Below, in pieces: positions 21,474-28,053 of a DNA stretch of 28,053 nt. The DNA is from Macrostomum lignano. Its lineage: Eukaryota. The position numbers and the translations under genes are program-made. Where the stretch lies: assembly GCA_002269645.1 (NCBI GenBank), contig NIVC01001146.1, positions 1 to 28,053 of the forward strand, given 5' to 3'. The first letter of the stretch is position 1; each line of letters begins with the position of its first letter. The notes below the pieces were generated by a model. That model saw only the letters and a program-made list of their open reading frames with translations, was not told the origin of the DNA and searched no databases.

Positions 21474-21980
21474 GTGAGTCGGATGCTTGATCAGTTTCAG
21501 GCTGAGCTCAGACGAACCACCTCAGTTGCCCTGGTTGAACCTAAAAAAATGTCTTAAGCTAAAGTGCAGTCGCAGATTCACGCTGACTCAAATATGAAGG
21601 CTCAATAAGGTAGTTGCTACATTCTCAGCTCGGCTAGAGCAGTATTGAAAACAATTATTTGCTACAAAATGCCTTTGTGTGCCTTTTTTTTCCAATTTTC
21701 ACATCTAAGCGACACATTTCTTATCTTTGCGCACTTTCGAATAGCTTTTTTAGCAAAATTGTGCGTTCATTACACCGCACCGCAGAAGACACTCCAGACA
21801 GGCAAAGATCTCAGAGTGCAGAGTCTTTTCTTTGCGAATGTTTACATGCCGGAGGGGCGCCAACGAAGCGCTTAAATGACGACTCGAAGGCAGCATCAAA
21901 GGACAAACTGATGTCGACAAAAAGTCATGCCAATTTGAGGGCCTTCAGAACACGCTTTGGGAAGCGTTATACCTCCTCCA

Positions 21981-23060
21981 TGTCTCACTCTCCCCCTGTC
22001 TCACTCTCCCCCCTGTCTCACTCTCCCCCCTGTCTCACTCTCCCCCCTGTCTCACTCTCCCCTCTCCCTGTCTCCCTCTCCCTGTCTCCCTCTCCCTGTC
22101 TCCCTCTCCCTGTCTCCCTCTCCCTGTCTCCCTCTCCCTGTCTCCCTCTCCCTGTCTCCCTCTCCCCCTGTCTCCCTCTCCCTGTCTCCCTCTCCCTGTC
22201 TCCCTCTCCCCCTGTCTCACTCTCCCTGTCTCACTCTCCCCCTGTATTCCTCTCCGTCTCCCTCTCCCTGTCTTCGTCTCCCTGTCTCCCTCTCCCTGTC
22301 TCCCTCTCCCTGTCTCCCTCTCCTTTTCTCCTTCCTCCTTTCTCCCTCCTCCTGTCTTCCTCCCCCTGTCTCCCTCCCCCTGTCTCCCTCCCCCTGTCTC
22401 CCTCCCCCTGTCTCCCTCTCCCTGTCTCCCTCTCCCTGTCTCCCTCTCCCTGTCTCCCTCTCCCTGTCTCCCTCTCCCTGTCTCCCTCTCCCTGTCTCCC
22501 TCTCCCTGTCTCACTCTCCCCCTGTATTCCTCTCCGTCCCCCTCTACCTGTCTCCCTCTCCTTGTCTCCTTCCTCCTTTCTCCCTCTCCCTGTCTCCCTC
22601 TCCCTGTCTCCCTCTCCTGTCTCCCTCTCCCGGTCTCCCTTTCCCTATCTTCCTCTACCTGTCTCCCTCTCCCCTGTCTCTCTCTCCCCTGTCTCCCTCT
22701 CCCCTGTCTCCCTCTCCCTGTCTCCCTCTCCTGTCTCCCTCTCCCGGTCTCCCTTTCCCTATCTTCCTCTACCTGTCTCCCTCTCCCCTGTCTCTCTCTC
22801 CCCTGTCTCTCTCTCCCCTGTCTCCCTCTCCCCTGTCTCCCTCTCCCCTGTCTCCCTCTCCCCTGTCTCCCTCTCCCCTGTCTCCCTCTCCCCTGTCTCC
22901 CTCTCCCTGTCTCCCTCTCCTGTCTCCCTCTCCCGGTCTCCCTTTCCCTATCTTCCTCTACCTGTCTCCCTCTCCCCTGTCTCTCTCTCCCCTGTCTCTC
23001 TCTCCCTGTCTCCCTCTCCCCTGTCTCCCTCTCCCACAGTCCCCTACCCTCTCCCTATCA
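21981..23060. repeat. CT-rich compound minisatellite (CTCCCTGTCTCCCT family) in rabphilin intron 3
   Basis: Read directly; contains larger internal duplicated blocks (near 22600-23000). Confidence 0.95.
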
Positions 23061-23223
23061 CCCAAAACCATGGGACTCGCCTACTTCACACAAAATGCAT
23101 TAAAAAGCACATTAAAAAGGCTGCTTAAACGACCAGACCGCATGTTATCTTTTGTGTCTGAGCTGTTTTGTGTATTAGTATAGTGCTTTAGCAAAACCCC
23201 TATTTCTGTACAAAAATTTTCAG

Positions 23224-23394
23224 TCTACTTGCGTAAAGTGCGGCACGAGACCTCATGGTCATCATCGCAGACACAAGAGCTCAATCGAGCAGTTGCACTA
23301 CTCAAGCAGATTGAAATCTCGCTCCTTAGATCGAGTCGAACCTCAGACCTCGCCAAATGATTGGCAGTGCAAAATCTGTCACAAAGAGATTCAG
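23224..23394 (+). CDS. RPH3A-like: Rabphilin/Noc2-like exon 4, remainder of zinc finger (STCVKCG...PNDWQCKICHKEIQ)
   Basis: Acceptor AATTTTCAG, donor CAG/GTAACT, phase 0/0, 171 nt open. CxxC and WxCKIC complete an 8-Cys finger. Confidence 0.92.
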
Positions 23395-23718
23395 GTAACT
23401 CTTTTAATCCGGTTTTTTGCGGTAAAAAATTTGATTTTTTTGTCTAAGTATATCGACAGATAAAAACTCAAAAATTCTTCAAAAACCATTTTTTTCGACG
23501 CTACTTAATCATAAGCAAGTAAACTCCTTTTCGAATAAGCACTGCATAAAATAAACATCCTAGGATATCGACATAAAGAAACATATACAGTTAAACTGCC
23601 TATCAAATTAACTCTCATTTAATCATAAAATTGATCCGATAAACTCTATTAGATTAACATGCTGTTGAATGGTTTCCAATATTTCCAATATCCAACATTC
23701 CGTTGGATAGGAAAATTA

Positions 23719-24292
23719 TTAGATAAACACCCTATTGGATAAACACCATATTAGATAAACACCCTATTGGATAAACACCCTATTGGATAAACACCCTATT
23801 AGATAAACACCCTATTGGATAAACACCCCCTTGGATAAATACCCTATTGGATAAACACCCTATTGGATAAACACCCCCTTGGATAAATACCCTAATAGAT
23901 AGACACCCTATTAGATAAACACCATATTAGATAAACACCCTATTGGATAAACACCCTATTGGATAAACACCCTATTGGATAAACACCCTATTGGATAAAC
24001 ACCATATTGGATAAATACCCTAATAGATAGACACCCTATTAGATAAACACCCTATTTGATAAACATCCTATTGGATAAACATCCTATTGGATAAACACCC
24101 CCTTGGATTGACATCGTGTTAGATAAACGTCCTATTGGATAAACACCTCATTGGATAAACATCCTATTGGATAAACACCCCATTGGATTGGATAAACACC
24201 CCGTTAGATAAACATCCTATTAAATAAACATCCTGTTCAATAAACACCCTATCAAATAAACACCCGATCAAATAAACACCCGATCAAATAAA
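23719..24292. repeat. 16-bp minisatellite (GGATAAACACCCTATT), about 35 copies, rabphilin intron 4
   Basis: Read directly. Confidence 0.95.
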
Positions 24293-24399
24293 AAAGCACC
24301 TGCTTTAAATAAACAGTACCAAAATGCTTAGTAAACACTCTAACAAATAAACACTCCGTCATGTACACATAAACACCAATAAAAACATTATCTTTTCAG

Positions 24400-24535
24400 C
24401 TGTGGAAGAAATCAGGCGCCTGGTTTTATCAGCGGCTGCCAGTTTCAGCAGCTGGAGTGGACAGCGAAGAGATCTCGCAGAAAAGCGACCACATCTCGGA
24501 TACAGAAGCCGAAGCCGAGCCGATGCTTCATCCTT
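24400..24535 (+). CDS. RPH3A-like: Rabphilin/Noc2-like exon 5 with SGAWF motif (LWKKSGAWFYQRLPVSAAGVDSEEISQKSDHISDTEAEAEPMLHP)
   Basis: Acceptor ATCTTTTCAG, phase 0 in. WKKSGAWFY matches the diagnostic W.RSGAWFF Rab-binding motif. Phase-1 donor T/GTAAGA at 24536. Confidence 0.92.
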
Positions 24536-24851
24536 GTAAGAATACCGACTGCTGTTATTTCTACTTACAGTAGGCAGTGCCTCATTTGCACGGTTCGGGG
24601 GAAAAATACAATTTTGGAAAATTAACTTACAGATAAAGGATAGAAGCTTTTGGCGAAATTCACAGAACAGAGCAGTAGAAAGCGCGCCCGACTCTCGCGC
24701 CACGTGACAACTTGGTTGATCCCGTGCGCGGCCGTATTCATTTGGCGCCGGCCAAAAATGAACGCGAAAAACCAGAAATAAAAGTACATTCACAAAGTAT
24801 ACCTGCACAAGAAGGTGCATCAGAAAGGCGCAAGATGAAACACCGGGTGAA

Positions 24852-25373
24852 TTAAGGAGGCGCCGGGTGCATCAAGGAAGCGCCATGGGAGATCAAGAAA
24901 GCGCCATGGGAGATCAAGGAAGCGCCATGGGGGATCAAGGAAGCGCCATCGGAGATCAAGGAGGCTCCAGGTGCATCAAGGAAGCGCCATGGGAGATCAA
25001 GGAGACGCCAGGTGCATCTAGGAGGGTGCCAGGTGCATCTAGGAGGGCGCCAGGTGCATCTAGGAGGGCGCCAGGTGCATCAAGCAAGGAACCAAGTACA
25101 TTAAGGAGGCGCCAGGTGCATCAAGGAAGCGCCATCGGAGATCAAGGAGGCGCCAGGTGCATCAAAGAAGCGCCATCGGAGATCAAGGAGGCGCCAGGTG
25201 CATCAAGGAAGCGCCATGGGAGATCAAGGAGGCGCCAGGTGCATCAAGGAAGCGCCATCGGAGATCAAGGAGGCGCCAGGTGCATCAAGGAAGCGCCATG
25301 GGAGATCAAGGAGGCGCCAGGTGCATCAAGGAAGCGCCATGGGAGATCAAGGAGGCGTCAGGTGCATCAAGGA
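24852..25373. repeat. 41-bp minisatellite built from 20+21-bp subunits (GGAGGCGCCAGGTGCATCAA + GGAAGCGCCATSGGAGATCAA)
   Basis: Read directly; left part has monomer runs, right part regular dimers. Confidence 0.93.
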
Positions 25374-26009
25374 TCATGGCTCAAGTCGGCAATATACATG
25401 TAGGCTATTAATTAATGTTGATAATGCACGCAGCAAGATCAGAGTATTCAATGCATACATATACGAGTTAACCTCCTCTCCATCAATGAGTGCGCGGGAA
25501 GCGGAGAGTTTCATACCTCCATATAAACTGCTCACTTCCTATAGTCAGCCTCCCCCTTCGCATCCGACCGATGATGCTGATTGGCAAAATATAATCTAAT
25601 GAATCCTGACAATAATCCCTCCCTCACTCTATATCAGCCTGTGAGCCACCTGGGGCGGAGCTTAAACAAATTGGACAGAGGTGGCTTAGAAACAGCGGGG
25701 GGGGAGAAGGGGTGAACAGGGACGCACTTTGGGACGAGAGAGTCAAGGACATCTATCCATATGCAAAACCTGGAGTTGAAAGCTTCGCCATCAAAACATT
25801 CAGCTTGTGTTTAGAATGAGATGTTTTTCGAATATTTAATCCCTTTAGCATTGAGCAATTTCTTAGCCAAGACGCGTATACCATCACGTGATCGAATGGT
25901 GCAAATTTGAAAAAAATCGATTGAGTCGTTTTTCTGAAATCAATTACATATGATTCCTAGCCATGTGCGTCACTCTCAAAATCCGTCAATCTGATGATAC
26001 AAAAAATCG

Positions 26010-26228
26010 ATTTAATAATTGATTACATCCGCCCTATAGGCGGGAGGTCGCCACACACAGCCTCAATTACCCCAGCTAATGCTGGCACCCATTTTACAGC
26101 TGGGTGAACTGAAGCAATGCAGAGTTGAGTGTCTTACTCAATGACACAAATTGTTCCTAGTGGGTCGGGAATCGAACTCCCGACCTTCAAATCGTGAGTC
26201 CGAAGCTCCAACCACTAGGCAGAGGGTG
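26010..26228 (-). mobile_element. tRNA-derived SINE
   Basis: Minus strand GCCTAGTGGTTGGAGC (box A-like, near 26220) and AGTTCGATTCC (box B, 26168-26178), followed by a non-tRNA body (GTAAGACACTCAACTCTGCATTGCTTCAGTTCACCCAGCTGTAAAATGGGTGCC) and an AT-rich tail. 3' boundary approximate. Confidence 0.8.
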
Positions 26229-26668
26229 GACAGCGGTCCTGACTTTCTAATCATCAGGCATGTACAATCACTGCGCTTTGGCGGTTGGCTCTCATGGATG
26301 TGAAGTGGTTGATTGGACTCTAAAGACAAGCTCAAGTTTTTGAAAACCTGATAGCATCCGTGCTTGTTTATCCACTCCAGATGGCAGACCTGAGGCCCCC
26401 TTGACTAGGGACCTCCTACACTGCATTGCAGCGTCAGGAAGCAGGCTATTGGGCAGAAACAGGATTAGGTAGATGTGGGGATGGCCCAGAACAGTTGCTC
26501 CCACTCTTCCCCCCAGTGATATATATTTACGCTTAACCTGGGTCCAGCATCCTCTGTTCCCCATCTCAACAATCCAGCTCAGCTCATTAGTGGCGTTCTC
26601 TCTTCTACTAGGCAGCTGTCAAAGTGTCACTGCTCATCTGCTCATAGTCACAAACTGACTGATGCAAG

Positions 26669-26836
26669 CTCTGAGAGGCCTCCTGTGCTGCTGCCCACCG
26701 GATCTGCTGATTGGCAGGCCGCGCACCAGCGGTGGCGCGCCTAGCAAAGGCGCGCCTGACTTCGACGAGGATCAGGACAACAACGACGGCTGCGGCGGAG
26801 CTGCGGGCAGTGCGGGCGACACAGTGCCGCTGAAAG
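26669..26836 (+). CDS. Candidate downstream exon of the rabphilin-like gene (S-LRGLLCCCPPDLLIGRPRTSGGAPSKGAPDFDEDQDNNDGCGGAAGSAGDTVPLK)
   Basis: GC-rich open frame, phase 1 in and phase 1 out (AAAG/GTGCGC), 168 nt. Acceptor (AAG, no pyrimidine tract) is weak, and an ATG at 26662 offers an alternative start. Confidence 0.4.
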
Positions 26837-26865
26837 GTGCGCGCACTGATAAAGGCCTCCGGACA

Positions 26866-27297
26866 CCGATTCAGGCGCCGTCCTGACCCCCATTCAGGCG
26901 CCGTCCGACCCCATTCAGGCGCCGTCCTGACACCGATTCAGGCGCCGTCCTGACACTTATTTAAACGCCGTCCTGACACTTATTTAAACGCCGTCCTGAC
27001 ACTTATTTAAACGCCGTCCTGACACTTATTTAAACGCCGTCCTGACACTTATTTAAACGCCGTCCTGACTCTTATTTAAACACCGTCCTGACACTTATTT
27101 AAACGCTGTCCTGACACTTATTTAAACACCATCCTGACACTTATTTAAACACCGTCCTGACACTTATTTAAACGCCGTCCTGACACTTATTTAAACGCCG
27201 TCCTGACACTTATTTAAACACCCGTCCTGACACTTATTTAAACGCCGTCCTGACACTTATTTAAACGCTGTCCTGACACTTATTTAAACGCCGTCCT
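26866..27297. repeat. 23-bp minisatellite (ACACTTATTTAAACGCCGTCCTG), about 18 copies
   Basis: Read directly; grades from a GC-rich CAGGCGCCGTCCTGAC variant at the left edge. Confidence 0.95.
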
Positions 27298-27538
27298 CCC
27301 TGTGAAATTTCCCGGTGGAATTTTGACGGTTTTTTAACTGCTGACTTTTTTGTCCTTGGCGGTCAAGAAGTCGGCGCACGAAGATCGAATGCTCTCTAGG
27401 CAACTCAAGCTCACGGTCAAAGTCGGTTTCTTTGCTAACGCTGTGTTCTTGATTGTCATCACTGATAATGTGTTTGCGCAATGCGCAATGCAGAGGGATT
27501 TTAAAGATGAGAAGTAATTAATTGATTTTTATTTTCAG

Positions 27539-27601
27539 ATTCCGCTGCCAATAGCGAAAGTAACGGACTCGCTGCTGCTGGGAGAGTCGCGAAATATGGA
27601 G
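27539..27601 (+). CDS. Candidate 63-nt symmetric exon of the rabphilin-like gene (phase 1 reading: D-SAANSESNGLAAAGRVAKYG)
   Basis: Strong acceptor TTTTTATTTTCAG and donor GAG/GTAGGG; frame compatible with the phase-1 chain; no homology evidence. Confidence 0.5.
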
Positions 27602-27745
27602 GTAGGGATGCAGGGAGCTCGGCCTTAGCTGATCCATTTCTACCTGCTCAATGATTGTTACCTTTAGCCCGTGTCTATTTTTAATGTGCACCAAACTATT
27701 GTACATTCATCGTACTTAAGTGCACTTGCTCTATAAGCGCAGGAG

Positions 27746-28053
27746 TCTATCCCACACTTCTCTATCCCTCACTCCATCTATCCCTCACTCCATTCTATCC
27801 CTCACTCCAGTCTATCCACACTCCATTCCATCCCAACTCCAGTCTATCCCACACTAATTCTATCCCACACTCCATTCTATCCCAACTCCAGTCTATTCAC
27901 TAATTCTATCCCACACTCCATTCTATCCCACTCCAGTCTATCCCACACTAATTCTATCCCACACTCCATTCTATCCCACTCCAGTCTATCCCACACTCCA
28001 TTCTATCCCACACTCCATTCTATCCCTCACTCATCTATCCCACACTCCATTCC
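27746..28053. repeat. 17-20-bp minisatellite (CTATCCCACACTCCATT family) running off the window end
   Basis: Read directly. Confidence 0.92.

Noticed and set aside
21659-23183. 489-aa and 408-aa Pro/Ser/Leu ORFs
   Set aside because: Non-ATG starts and mostly CT-repeat translation within intron 3.
26155-26228. tRNA gene
   Set aside because: No complete acceptor-stem pairing seen and it continues into a SINE body.
27284-27481. 65-aa minus-strand ORF (RKHIISDDNQEH...)
   Set aside because: Non-ATG start, no recognisable motif, antisense within an intron; cannot be supported without a database search.

Overview
Eukaryotic (metazoan) genomic DNA, roughly half tandem repeat. A free-living flatworm such as Macrostomum is my inference from the peptide family and repeat load, not something the sequence proves. 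Most ORFs in the supplied track are translations of repeats. Reading splice sites by hand gives three real genes. (1) An intronless, 82-aa, 18-Cys metallothionein-like gene with an internal duplication (2867-3115, minus). (2) A spliced FMRFamide-like neuropeptide precursor with a signal peptide and 14 GY[A/T/V]RF-GKR copies (coding exons 16734-16812 and 16138-16607, minus). (3) A multi-exon rabphilin/Noc2-like Rab effector (plus; five confident exons from 18343 to 24535, probably continuing), which the ORF track misses. Genes 2 and 3 sit head-to-head with start codons about 1.5 kb apart, pairing a likely dense-core-vesicle cargo with a likely release factor. Mobile DNA includes a decayed Ty3/Gypsy fragment, a non-autonomous hAT element and a tRNA-derived SINE. 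A 7.5-kb polypyrimidine 21-bp satellite and more than ten other micro/minisatellites fill most of the rest.
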